This document shows, one piece after another, positions 9,664 through 19,670 of a stretch of DNA of 64,000 nt. The stretch is from the NCBI GenBank assembly GCA_964012805.1, contig CAXGUD010000006.1, positions 1 through 64,000 on the forward strand. The letters run 5' to 3'. A program made the position numbers and the translations under genes. Numbering within the stretch: position 1 is the first letter of the stretch; every line of letters begins with the position of its first letter. The notes below the pieces were generated by a model, which had not been told where the DNA came from, ran no database searches, and saw only the letters and a list, made by a program, of their open reading frames with translations. This stretch comes from an uncultured Bacteriovoracaceae bacterium (GTDB lineage: Bacteria > Bdellovibrionota > Bacteriovoracia > Bacteriovoracales > Bacteriovoracaceae).

Positions 9664-10359
9664 ATGTCGATTTATGATGGCCTAATACCTAATATAGACA
9701 AGCGTCTTGAAACATGGTCCAAACTTCAAAGAGAGGCCAACAAAAAAGGTTTAGAGAAAAAGAAGTTTTCAGTAACTATCGCTCGGGAGTTCGGTTGTGA
9801 AGGTTTTCCTTTAGCAGAAGAGATAAAAAATAAATTAGAAAAGGAAACAGATCAAGAGTGGACTGTTTTTGACAAATCTTTGATTGAAAGAGTTAGTAAG
9901 GACAAAAATTTAAGCGAAAATTTTCTTGAAAGGCTGGGAGATGATTCCCAAATAATGGAAATCCTCTCAATTTTCAAAAGCCGCCAAAAAACTCAAACAG
10001 AAGCTTTTAGCATTCTCAGCGAATATATTATTAAATTGGCCAAAGATGGAAACGCTATTTTAGTTGGCAGAGGATCTAATATTCTGACAAGCAATTTGGA
10101 TAACTGTTTTCATTTTAGATTGGTGGCCCCTTTTGAATACCGAGTACAATCAATTTCCAGACGCCTCGAACTAAGTTATGACGACGCGAAAAAAATGGTT
10201 GGCGAGGAGCAAGAAAGAAGGGACCGTTTTATAGAAAATCACCTTTCCTGTAATATAAACGATCCCCTCCATTATCACGCTCTGTTTAATAATGAGGCTT
10301 CCTCCCTAGAGCAGATTGCCGATAGTATTTACTCTCTTATGGCCGATCGTCTGACTTAA
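9664..10359 (+). CDS. Cytidylate-kinase-like family protein
   Basis: VTIAREFGCEG, AILVGRGS, FRLVAPFEYRV and DPLHYH pattern. Confidence 0.8.
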   Translation: MSIYDGLIPNIDKRLETWSKLQREANKKGLEKKKFSVTIAREFGCEGFPLAEEIKNKLEKETDQEWTVFDKSLIERVSKDKNLSENFLERLGDDSQIMEILSIFKSRQKTQTEAFSILSEYIIKLAKDGNAILVGRGSNILTSNLDNCFHFRLVAPFEYRVQSISRRLELSYDDAKKMVGEEQERRDRFIENHLSCNINDPLHYHALFNNEASSLEQIADSIYSLMADRLT

Positions 10360-10457
10360 AACCCCTTTGCTTGACTTTTAAGTGCGACTAGCGGTAACCC
10401 AAAGGAAAGAGTAAGATTTTCTGCTAGTTTCCTTACTTAATCCTTGGAGAAGTATTC

Positions 10458-11900
10458 TTGAATTCATTAAAAAATTTGATCAATTGTAAAAGCTTTGTCG
10501 GGGGGAAATGGATTGATGATCCAAAAGAGGGACATCTTGATATTCTAGACAAATATGACCAAACGGTTTTGGCCTCCATCCCTTTTTTAAACACCTCACA
10601 AATTGAACAAGCAGTTAAAACAAGTGAAGAAGCTTTTAAAGTAATGTCGCGTTGGTCAGCTGGCCAAAGGGCCCTAAAATTAGAAAAGCTTTTAGACCTT
10701 TTAAAGGAAAAGAAAGATCTCTTCACGGAGCTTATTTGTAAGGAAGCTGGAAAGCCAGTGGTGTATGCAAGGGCAGAAATGGAGAGGTGTCTTTATGTTC
10801 TTAATCTCGCCAAAGAAGAATGCCTCCGTTTTGAAGGAGAAAAGGTTCCTATAGACTTTGGATTGGGTGAGGGAAAAACAGCTTTTACAAAGCCTTTTCC
10901 GATAGGTCCTATCTTGGCGATTTCACCTTTTAACTTCCCCTTAAATTTGGTTATGCATAAGGTGGCACCTGCTTTAGCTATTGGGTGTTCGGTAGTTTTA
11001 AAACCTTCTATGATGACTCCCCTTACAAGCTTGGCTTTTTCTGATCTTGTTCATCAAGCAGGGTTTCCCCCTGGGACTTTGAACACTCTTATCTGTAAGG
11101 ATAAAGAAGCTGAGCTATTAGTAAGAGACGAAAGGCTAAAGGCCCTTTCTTTTACTGGAAGCCCGAAGGTTGGATGGTTTTTAAAAACAATCGCTGGTAG
11201 AAAAAAAGTGACTCTGGAACTTGGAGGAAATGCTGCAGTCATAGTAGATGAAGGAGTCGATATAAAAAAAGCGGCCAAAGACATTTGTGGTGGCTCCTTT
11301 CTTTATTCCGGTCAAATTTGTATTTCGACTCAAAGAATTTACGTTCATGCTTCTATTTTTCAGGCATTGAAGGATGCCTTAATAGAAAACGTTGAATCTT
11401 TGTCGATAGGAGACCCTAAAGAAGAAAAAAACATGGTGGGACCCCTAATTAATAAAGAAGCTCTTGAAAGGGTAGGTTGTTGGATTGATGAGGCTAAGCA
11501 CGAAGGAGCAGTCGTTTTGACTGGTGGACGTGTGCTCGATGAAAAAAGGAACGTCTATGCACCTACTCTTTTGACAGAAACCAAAGATACAATGAAAGTT
11601 GTTTTTGAAGAAGCTTTTGGACCCCTTGCTATTTTAGAAAAAGTCGATAGTTTCGAAGAAGGAGTAGAAAGGGCCAACAAAACCCGCTTTGGTCTTCAGG
11701 TTGGAGTTTACACTAATAATATAGATAGAATGAAGTATGCTTTTAATCAGTGTGAAACAGGAGCTGTCATCATGAACTTTGTTCCTGGATTTAGAATTGA
11801 TAACATGCCTTATGGTGGTATTAAACAATCTGGCTTTGGTCGGGAAGGTATAAAGTATACAATGAAGGACTTTTCTGAAGAAAAACTTCTTATTTATTAA
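10458..11900 (+). CDS. NAD(P)-dependent aldehyde dehydrogenase
   Basis: SPFNFP, FTGS, catalytic LELGGN and GQICIS, EEAFGP, PYGGIKQSGFGREG; TTG start after GGAG. Confidence 0.92.
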   Translation: MNSLKNLINCKSFVGGKWIDDPKEGHLDILDKYDQTVLASIPFLNTSQIEQAVKTSEEAFKVMSRWSAGQRALKLEKLLDLLKEKKDLFTELICKEAGKPVVYARAEMERCLYVLNLAKEECLRFEGEKVPIDFGLGEGKTAFTKPFPIGPILAISPFNFPLNLVMHKVAPALAIGCSVVLKPSMMTPLTSLAFSDLVHQAGFPPGTLNTLICKDKEAELLVRDERLKALSFTGSPKVGWFLKTIAGRKKVTLELGGNAAVIVDEGVDIKKAAKDICGGSFLYSGQICISTQRIYVHASIFQALKDALIENVESLSIGDPKEEKNMVGPLINKEALERVGCWIDEAKHEGAVVLTGGRVLDEKRNVYAPTLLTETKDTMKVVFEEAFGPLAILEKVDSFEEGVERANKTRFGLQVGVYTNNIDRMKYAFNQCETGAVIMNFVPGFRIDNMPYGGIKQSGFGREGIKYTMKDFSEEKLLIY

Positions 11901-11930
11901 TTTAAAAGACTTAAAAAAAAGATTTTCGCT

Positions 11931-13013
11931 ATGAAAATGAAAAATATGGGGACATCTGACTTTTTTTCAGGTGTAACATCTTATTTAACAGAAGGCCTTC
12001 CTGGGATTGGAGGAGCTCTTAAAAAAAGCCCCTCTCATTTTAAAGTTATTGAAAAGATGGAGCCGGTTCCAGATAGAGGAGAGCACGTTTCCCTGACTTG
12101 CACGAGGTCTTCAATGACGACTCAGGAAGTGTTGAAAAGGTTGGCTCTTCTATTTTCAATAAAAAATAAAAACCTCTTAGGTCACGCAGGCCTTAAAGAC
12201 AAAGATGCCATTACGACCCAAACTATTTCCTTGCCTTTAGGCCGAAATTTTCCTTTAGAGAAAGTACGTTCAACCCTTGAAGAATCTTTTCCAGAGCTCA
12301 GTTCAATCGTTTTACAAAAAAGAGAAACAAAAATAAAAGTGGGTGAATTGAGGGGAAATAGTTTTGAAGTTCTTTTAACAGAACTTAATTATAGCTCTGA
12401 GGACGCCCTTAAAAAAATAGAACCCATTTCAACTAGAATAAAAGAACTTGGCTTTCCTAACTTTTATGGTCCTCAGAGGTTTGGGGATAAGGGTGACAAC
12501 GCTGAAAGAGGAAAAGCTGTTTGGTTGGGTAAGGAAAAGATAAGGTCTCCATGGCTCAAAAATTTCCTTCTTAACTCTTATCAGTCGAAACTTTTTAACC
12601 AATGGTTATCAAATAGAGTTCAAGAGGGTCGTCTCCATGACTTTCTTGAGGGTGATATTGTTTTGTCTCCAGGGGACACAAGGCCTTTTCTTTTTGGGGA
12701 AGGAAGGACTCTAACTTCAAAAGAGCGGGCTTCCTTAACCGTCACGGGGCCGGTTTTTGGTAAAAAAATGACTTTGCCTTTGGGAAAACCTCTTGAAAGA
12801 GAGGAAGAATTACTTAGGAAAGAGGGGCTATCTGTTAATGAATTAAAAGGTTTCCCACTTTATGGAAGCCGCCGAGAAGCTTGGGTAAAAGTACCAGACC
12901 TTACGATCAGTTTAGAAGCCGATGGCCTTCTTTTTAAAATGACGCTTCCCCCAGGGGCTTATGCAACCTCTCTTTTGAGAGAATTTCGTAAGCCTTCCAA
13001 GCTAACTTTTTAA
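11931..13013 (+). CDS. truD: tRNA pseudouridine(13) synthase
   Basis: AGLKDKDAITTQ (catalytic Asp), GNSF, PNFYGPQRFG and LPPGAYATSLLRE. Confidence 0.92.
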   Translation: MKMKNMGTSDFFSGVTSYLTEGLPGIGGALKKSPSHFKVIEKMEPVPDRGEHVSLTCTRSSMTTQEVLKRLALLFSIKNKNLLGHAGLKDKDAITTQTISLPLGRNFPLEKVRSTLEESFPELSSIVLQKRETKIKVGELRGNSFEVLLTELNYSSEDALKKIEPISTRIKELGFPNFYGPQRFGDKGDNAERGKAVWLGKEKIRSPWLKNFLLNSYQSKLFNQWLSNRVQEGRLHDFLEGDIVLSPGDTRPFLFGEGRTLTSKERASLTVTGPVFGKKMTLPLGKPLEREEELLRKEGLSVNELKGFPLYGSRREAWVKVPDLTISLEADGLLFKMTLPPGAYATSLLREFRKPSKLTF

Positions 13014-13155
13014 AGGACTAGCTTTTGTAGCCGACTCCATTGGACCAGAAATGGTTTTTTAAAAAAGAGCTTTCCTAATAGAAGACTAAACTATGTTTTT
13101 CATTGGTTGATAGTTCTTAAAAATTTTAATATTATCCCAATATAATAATTTAGAT

Positions 13156-13989
13156 TTGATATTTATCATTCATTTAATATTAAAAACTATGGGGTCAATA
13201 TTGAAAAACTCTCATTGTATAAAGAACGATTCTATTGATTTAAAAGAAATTTACCGCCTGTTTAATTATTTTTTTATCTTGCTCTTCCTTTACTTCTTTT
13301 CTTCCTCCAGGGCCTATTCAGTCCAGCTTGATTTAGAGTTTGGGAAAGTAAAACTTCTTAAAAATAAAATTCAGATTCCCGCAACAACAGGAACCATTTT
13401 TGATACAACGGAGGTTTCTCCAACCGAAGATTATTTTTATCGGGTCAACTTATATTGGCCTTTACAGGGAAAGCATTCTTTGAAGGTTCTTTATGCGCCC
13501 TTAGAAATTAACCAAAGCGGTAAGTTTTCAAAAGATATTACTTATGAAGGAGAGGTTTTTTCAAAATCGAATACAACGAATGTCTTATATAAATTTAACT
13601 CCTATAGGCTTACCTACCGTTACCAATGGATGGATGGATCAATACTTAAAACATACATAGGTTTTACTGGAAAAATTAGGGACGCAGAAACTAAGTTGAG
13701 TCAAAGCGGTCTTTCGAAATCCTATTCAAATGTAGGCTTTGTTCCCCTCATTTATTTAAGAGCAGATTGGAGTCCTTTAAACTGGCTGACTTTTATTTTG
13801 GAAATGGATGCACTAGGTGCAAGTCAGGGCAGGGCCATTGAAGGTGCTTTCAAGACAAGATTGACCATGAGTAATTCTCTGGGAGCTAGTTTAGGTCACC
13901 GTGTTTTAGAGGGAGGCGCTGACAACGACAAGCTTTACACGTGGTCATTAATTTCTTTTACTTTTGTATCCTTGGACTGGACTTTCTAA
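13156..13989 (+). CDS. Putative outer-membrane beta-barrel protein; true start probably downstream
   Basis: Signal-like segment ending AYS, alternating beta strands (YKFNSYRLTYRY), C-terminal LDWTF. Confidence 0.65.
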   Translation: MIFIIHLILKTMGSILKNSHCIKNDSIDLKEIYRLFNYFFILLFLYFFSSSRAYSVQLDLEFGKVKLLKNKIQIPATTGTIFDTTEVSPTEDYFYRVNLYWPLQGKHSLKVLYAPLEINQSGKFSKDITYEGEVFSKSNTTNVLYKFNSYRLTYRYQWMDGSILKTYIGFTGKIRDAETKLSQSGLSKSYSNVGFVPLIYLRADWSPLNWLTFILEMDALGASQGRAIEGAFKTRLTMSNSLGASLGHRVLEGGADNDKLYTWSLISFTFVSLDWTF

Positions 13990-13994
13990 GAAGC

Positions 13995-14528
13995 CTATTG
14001 AACAAATTTGTTTAAACTTTTTAAAACGTCAAAGGATACTTTTTCCCAGGACTTTTTGAGAACGATACCTTTCGTATCTTCCCATGGTACATTGACTTTT
14101 TGGTGGGCACCCTTAAAGGTTGTTTCTTTGACAACTTCTTTAAGTGGCTCCCTCCTGTCAACGAACCTAATGTATACAGAGCTTTTGGCCTTCCAAAAGG
14201 GGGATTTAAAAGATGAGTTGAGAGAAGTGATAAAGACATCAGCATAAACCCTTTCAGGAACAGCGTTATCTAGCTCGACCCATTTTATCTTTTTGCCATA
14301 AATCCCTTTTAGAGAATTTTTTAACTTTAGAATCATTTCTTTTTGGGGTGGTTCACTTCTTTGGCCCCTCCGGTCTTCTATATGAACTAAAAGTGGAGGT
14401 TTACCTTTTTTGAAATTGAGAGGAGATTTGGCAACGAATTTGGGGTAAAAGGTTGGGGGGTTTTTACTTGCGCAGCCGAAGTTTAAAAGCAGCCCTAAAA
14501 AGAAGCCGAGTTGTATACTTTTTGGCAT
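13995..14528 (-). CDS. Putative lipoprotein
   Basis: Hydrophobic N-terminus with NFGC lipobox; AGGAG RBS. Confidence 0.7.
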   Translation of the reverse strand: MPKSIQLGFFLGLLLNFGCASKNPPTFYPKFVAKSPLNFKKGKPPLLVHIEDRRGQRSEPPQKEMILKLKNSLKGIYGKKIKWVELDNAVPERVYADVFITSLNSSFKSPFWKAKSSVYIRFVDRREPLKEVVKETTFKGAHQKVNVPWEDTKGIVLKKSWEKVSFDVLKSLNKFVQ

Positions 14529-14669
14529 GTGAATCTCCTAAAACCACAAGTTAAGTCTTTATAGAATACCTTTATATTATGGAACATTTTTCAAAGTGCC
14601 TAGGCTTACTGAAGATACTGGACACTTTATCTTTTTCATGTTTTTTCAAAAAACGAATTATCTAGAAAA

Positions 14670-16136
14670 ATGAGTGATAAGGAAAGAACTATGACTGTTC
14701 GTGTTAGATTCGCCCCCAGCCCCACTGGCTTTCTCCACATTGGTGGAGCAAGAACTGCTTTATACAGCTCTATATTCGCTAAAAAAAATAAGGGAACTTT
14801 TGTTTTAAGAGTGGAAGATACAGACCTTGAAAGAAGTAAAAAAGAGTACGAGGATTCTCAGATTGAGGATTTGAAGTGGCTGGGAATTGAGTACGACGAA
14901 GGCCCAGATAGGCCAGGTGAATGTGGCCCATACAGACAATCTGAACGGATTGAACTTTACAAAAAATACGCAACTCAACTTGTTGACCAGGGTTTGGCCT
15001 TTCCTTGTTTTTGTACAGATGAGGAACTAGACGCCAAAAGGAAAAAAGCTGAAGAAGAAAAGAGGGCCCCCCATTATGATGGGACTTGCCGAGACCTCGA
15101 CCCGGAGGTCGCTAAGGCCAGGATTGAAAAAGGTGATAAGTTCACAATCCGCTTTAAGGTTCCTAAAAAAACAATTACAGTTAACGACCTCATTAGAGGG
15201 GAAGTTACTTTTCCAGATGATATGGTTGGGGACTTTGTCATTTTGAGGTCTAATGGCCTGCCAGTCTATAACTTCTGCTGTGTCATTGATGATTGGCTCA
15301 TGAAAATGACCCATGTAATTAGAGCTGAAGATCATCTTCCTAATACGATGAGACAAGTCATGATTTATGAGGCTTTGGAGGCAGAGCTTCCTCAATTTGC
15401 CCACGTGTCGCTACTTGTTGGTCATGACAGGGCCAAGCTTTCTAAAAGACATGGCGCAACAAGTGTGACAATGTTTAGGGAGCAAGGTTACCTTCCTGAG
15501 GCCATGGTCAATTACCTGAGCCTTCTAGGCTGGAGCCATCCAGATGAAAAGGATGTTTTTACCAGAGAGGAGCTATTACTCCACTTTGATTTGAAAAGAC
15601 TAGGAAAAGCAGCTGCGACTTTTGATATGGTCAAATTAGGTTATATCAATGGTCAGCACCTCAAGAATTTGTCTTCCAAAGAAATTCTTTCGAAAATAGA
15701 TAGTTTTTTACCGAAGGATACGGCCTTTAAAAATCAAGAACCTTCTTGGAAGGAAGAGTTCGTAGACCTTTTTAAAGAAAAGGTCGATACCCTAGAAGGC
15801 TTTGGCCCTTTCATAGAGGATATTTTTAATTCCGAATTAAGAGATGATGAAGACCTAAAGGAAGTTCTGTCTTGGGAGACGACTCCAAAGATAAAAGAGT
15901 ACCTTATCAATAAAGTCGACGAAGCTAAGAAAGAGGGTCTTCTCTTTTTAACTCCTGAGCTAATAGATGAATACCTGACGACTTTAAAAAAAGAACACAA
16001 GATAAAAGGGAAAAATCTTTTTAAGGGGACACGTGCCGTATTGACTGGCAGAGCAGAAGGACCAGACCTCAAAAGATTTGTGGCCCTAACTCCCCTTGAG
16101 GTTATTTCATCCCGCCTTCAGAAAATAGATGCTTGA
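14670..16136 (+). CDS. gltX: Glutamate--tRNA ligase (start may be 14691)
   Basis: RFAPSPTGFLHIGG, LRVEDTD, YRQSER, CFC Zn site, KLSKRHG and anticodon-binding domain. Confidence 0.96.
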   Translation: MSDKERTMTVRVRFAPSPTGFLHIGGARTALYSSIFAKKNKGTFVLRVEDTDLERSKKEYEDSQIEDLKWLGIEYDEGPDRPGECGPYRQSERIELYKKYATQLVDQGLAFPCFCTDEELDAKRKKAEEEKRAPHYDGTCRDLDPEVAKARIEKGDKFTIRFKVPKKTITVNDLIRGEVTFPDDMVGDFVILRSNGLPVYNFCCVIDDWLMKMTHVIRAEDHLPNTMRQVMIYEALEAELPQFAHVSLLVGHDRAKLSKRHGATSVTMFREQGYLPEAMVNYLSLLGWSHPDEKDVFTREELLLHFDLKRLGKAAATFDMVKLGYINGQHLKNLSSKEILSKIDSFLPKDTAFKNQEPSWKEEFVDLFKEKVDTLEGFGPFIEDIFNSELRDDEDLKEVLSWETTPKIKEYLINKVDEAKKEGLLFLTPELIDEYLTTLKKEHKIKGKNLFKGTRAVLTGRAEGPDLKRFVALTPLEVISSRLQKIDA

Positions 16137-16256
16137 GTGGTTCACTTCTTTTTCCCTAGAGTAAAAGGACCTTAATAGCGGGAACAATTTTCTCACCTAA
16201 TGAGGCCGTCCTTGAATGCTATAATTTGTGTAAAGCGTTAAAAGGACAGGTCTCCC

Positions 16257-18212
16257 ATGAACACTGTTGATTACAACACAAAGCTTGCCCGAAATAGAGA
16301 TGATTATTATAGAACTTCCCGTCGGATGAAAAAAGAACACGAACGGGAACTCGATGCACAAGAAAAGATCTTTAAAACTCAGCAAAATAAACAGTTAAAG
16401 TCGCATCAAACTGCTATCAAAAATATTAATGAGGCAAACAGGGAGCATTTAAAAGAAACCTCCAATAATGCCAATAATCTTATTAAACAAAGAGAGTCAG
16501 AGACAAGAAAGCTTCTAAGGCAGATGAAAGATACCTTTAGGGAAGAAAAAGCTGATCAAAGAAGAGATTACAATAGGAAATTAAGAAATATTTCAGATGC
16601 CTATAGGAAAGCAGGGGCAGACCAAAAAGTTCATTATGATAGGACTATGGCCAAAACCAAAAGAAATGCGAAAAACATCATTGAAAGGAAAAGCAGAGAA
16701 AATTTGGAAGAACTTGATAGGTTTACAAAGGCTTCCGAAAAGACTTTAAAAGAAACAAAAAGGGAAATGAAAGCAGACCAGGAAGCATTACAAAAAGGTT
16801 GGCAAAATGAAAAAGAGTCCATTTTAAGAGATGCCAGTGAAAAGAACCTTCAAACGAGAAACAACTTTAATAAAAACCTCGAAGATTTAAAGAGGATTTA
16901 TAGAAATGAGCTGGATTTTATTAACAAAAAGAATGCAAGAAATTTAGAAGATGCTAGAAAAAAAGATACCTCTGCCCTTGATAACCTTAATTTGACATTT
17001 AACGATAAACTTAATGGTTTAACAGATAAGTTTGAATATGAATTGAGAGACCTCCGCCATAAAAATAATCTTGAAAAACAACAAACAGAAAGAATTCATA
17101 AAAGCGAATTGCAGGCCAAGACTCAAGAAGCCGATGCTAAAATTAAAATTATTGGAGGTAAGGAAAAGCATGATGCAGAAACAAGAAAGCTTGTGGAAAA
17201 ATATGAGCATAGACTGAATAAATTAAAAACCCTCATGAGGGACGATGGGGTTATTAGACTTCATCAACAAGAGCAAAGTGAAGAAGATTTTAAAGATGAA
17301 ATTATGGATCAAAATCTTCAACACAAAGAATATATAGCGGATCTTAATGAAGACTTTGATCGAGTGACAAGAGATAAGGTTGAGAGAGGTCGTAAAGAAC
17401 AGACTAAAATTAAAGACTCCTTTAGAAGAAAAATTAGGACAATGGAAGGGGAGCATGAAAGGGAGATGATACAAACCAATCGTCTTAGCAAGAAGAGATT
17501 GGAAAATGGTAGAGAAATCTTAAATGATACAATTAAGACCTTTTCTGATAGCAGTCTAAAAAATCAAGAAACTCTTCAGGAAGGCTTTAATAAAGAAAGA
17601 ACAAACTTGAAAAGACAGGCGAGTAAGACATTATCTGAAGAGCTTGCGCGTACAAGGGATACTCTTGAGAAAAAATTAGACCGGACAATGGAATCTTATG
17701 AACATAGGCTTGATATCAAAGAAATTCAAAAGAAAGACCATGTAGACAAGCTTGAGAGAAGAATAGATTATTTAGAGGAAGTTATTAAGAATAAGGAGCA
17801 GGAGTATCAAACTTTTGAAACTCAAACGAGAGCAGATGACAGGCGTGAAATGGAAAACCGCTTGAAAGATCAAAAGGAAAACTTCACCCTGTCCAATAAG
17901 CAGCAAAGAAAGAAATTTGACGAAACTATGAGAGAGATAGAGAGAAAAAATAAAAGAGAAGTAGAAAAGCTGGTAAGGGATTATGAGAGGCAGCTCTCTG
18001 ATCAAAATATTCGTAATCAAAGGAACTTGAAAAGAATTACGACAAAACATAAGGTTAATTACGATAAGGTCGTTAAAGATGCTCAAAATGAAAGAGAGGC
18101 CATTATCCAAAGCTATGAAGATAAAATAAGCAATATGAAGACTATTTATAATGAAAATATCGAGAGGTATCGAGACCTCAGTTCTCAAAGGTTAATGGAA
18201 TCTGTAGATTAA
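16257..18212 (+). CDS. All-helical charged coiled-coil protein, 651 aa
   Basis: Highly R/K/E/D-rich with no Pro or Cys; no signal or TM segment. Confidence 0.75.
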   Translation: MNTVDYNTKLARNRDDYYRTSRRMKKEHERELDAQEKIFKTQQNKQLKSHQTAIKNINEANREHLKETSNNANNLIKQRESETRKLLRQMKDTFREEKADQRRDYNRKLRNISDAYRKAGADQKVHYDRTMAKTKRNAKNIIERKSRENLEELDRFTKASEKTLKETKREMKADQEALQKGWQNEKESILRDASEKNLQTRNNFNKNLEDLKRIYRNELDFINKKNARNLEDARKKDTSALDNLNLTFNDKLNGLTDKFEYELRDLRHKNNLEKQQTERIHKSELQAKTQEADAKIKIIGGKEKHDAETRKLVEKYEHRLNKLKTLMRDDGVIRLHQQEQSEEDFKDEIMDQNLQHKEYIADLNEDFDRVTRDKVERGRKEQTKIKDSFRRKIRTMEGEHEREMIQTNRLSKKRLENGREILNDTIKTFSDSSLKNQETLQEGFNKERTNLKRQASKTLSEELARTRDTLEKKLDRTMESYEHRLDIKEIQKKDHVDKLERRIDYLEEVIKNKEQEYQTFETQTRADDRREMENRLKDQKENFTLSNKQQRKKFDETMREIERKNKREVEKLVRDYERQLSDQNIRNQRNLKRITTKHKVNYDKVVKDAQNEREAIIQSYEDKISNMKTIYNENIERYRDLSSQRLMESVD

Positions 18213-18309
18213 TGGACTGGTTTCTTAGCAGAGAAAAAATTCTTCAAATAATATCCAGGTTTTTCAAAGCCCTTCTTTTCCGTTAATATAGACGCCTCTT
18301 GGAGGGGGC

Positions 18310-19524
18310 ATGAAAAAAACCACTATTTTTATTTTTTTAAATTTTACTCTATTTTTTTACCCTTCTTTTGTAAAAGGCAGTATTCAGAAGAATTTAATTA
18401 ATGTTTTGCATTATAATATTAAAGAGCTGGACTCCAGGAAGATTAGAGAAAAAGACCAAAGTTTAATGAGCTCCATTGAACTATTGAAAGAAATCCCCTT
18501 TGATATACTTTCTTTAAATGAAATTCAATATGACTTTCCTGGTATCCCTTATGAAAGTTTTATAACAAGAGGACAAAATTTAGTTTTGATAGGGCAGTTG
18601 TTGGGAGGGTCTTTAAAGGGTTGGCCTCAGCTTTTTCACCCAGGCAATACAGGGGTTAATGCGAGGAAGAGGGATGATGGGACTTATTTTCCTGATTTGA
18701 AGAAATTGGTCGCTAGAAGTTACGCTGACCCCATAAATTTTGGCGTTTTTCCTGGTCAATATGCAACGGGAGGAGTGAGCCGCTTTCCTGTTAAAGAGGT
18801 CCACTATATTCATAAAATTATTTGGAAAGATGCTTTTCCCAAAAGAGTTTTGTCTTCTTATAAAGACGCTCATGGAAACCCTTTGCCTAAAAATATGCCC
18901 CTATTTGATAAAGTTTTTATTCATGCCACTTTAGACGTTAAAGGGCAGGACCTTCACCTTATTTTACTTCACACTGTTCCTTCATTTAATTTTGGAAATC
19001 AAAACTCTGTTAATATAGTGAGAAATAGCGATCAACTTCGATTTTTAAAAAGTTATTTGGAAGGGAAAAGACTTGGTTCAGAAAGTAATAGTGAAGGCCT
19101 CCCCTTGAATGCACCTTTTATAGTTATGGGAGACCTTAATGTCGATTATAGAGATTCTAAAAAAGAAGGTGCTTTGGTCATAAAATCTCTTTTAGAGTCC
19201 AAAAATATTAAAGGTCTTAAAGTTGACCATACTTACGAAAGTGAGGGATTTGCCAAAAGGCCAAACAAGCTTCTCTTGGATTATATTCTTTATGGTGGTC
19301 AGGGTTTAAGTTTAAATAAGGGGGGTGTTTATGGTCTGCCTTCCGGTAAGGTTCATCTGGGTTGTAAGAAACCGAGGCTTCCCATGCCTGGTAAGGTCAT
19401 GGTTTCTTATAAAAAACGAGGGAAAAGTTGTTTTTTAGAGATGAATAAACCGTATTTTTTGGCCAAAAAGGCTTCGGATCATTTTCCACTTTATGCTCAG
19501 TTTTCGCTTGAAAAGGAACTTTGA
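18310..19524 (+). CDS. Exported endonuclease/exonuclease/phosphatase family protein
   Basis: Signal peptide; YNI, LNEIQYD, MGDLN, LDYIL and ASDHFP motifs. Confidence 0.88.
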   Translation: MKKTTIFIFLNFTLFFYPSFVKGSIQKNLINVLHYNIKELDSRKIREKDQSLMSSIELLKEIPFDILSLNEIQYDFPGIPYESFITRGQNLVLIGQLLGGSLKGWPQLFHPGNTGVNARKRDDGTYFPDLKKLVARSYADPINFGVFPGQYATGGVSRFPVKEVHYIHKIIWKDAFPKRVLSSYKDAHGNPLPKNMPLFDKVFIHATLDVKGQDLHLILLHTVPSFNFGNQNSVNIVRNSDQLRFLKSYLEGKRLGSESNSEGLPLNAPFIVMGDLNVDYRDSKKEGALVIKSLLESKNIKGLKVDHTYESEGFAKRPNKLLLDYILYGGQGLSLNKGGVYGLPSGKVHLGCKKPRLPMPGKVMVSYKKRGKSCFLEMNKPYFLAKKASDHFPLYAQFSLEKEL

Positions 19525-19670
19525 TTTAAGAAGTGTAAAAGTCAATGAAAGTTATTTAGCTCCACTGAAAATCTTCCCTGGTCATGGCTTTTATCTTTAA
19601 AAAGAGGTCAATTTGGGGCATTTTGTCATCTAATCTGTCAATATGCATAAAATTTAAGGACTTTTCTTTT

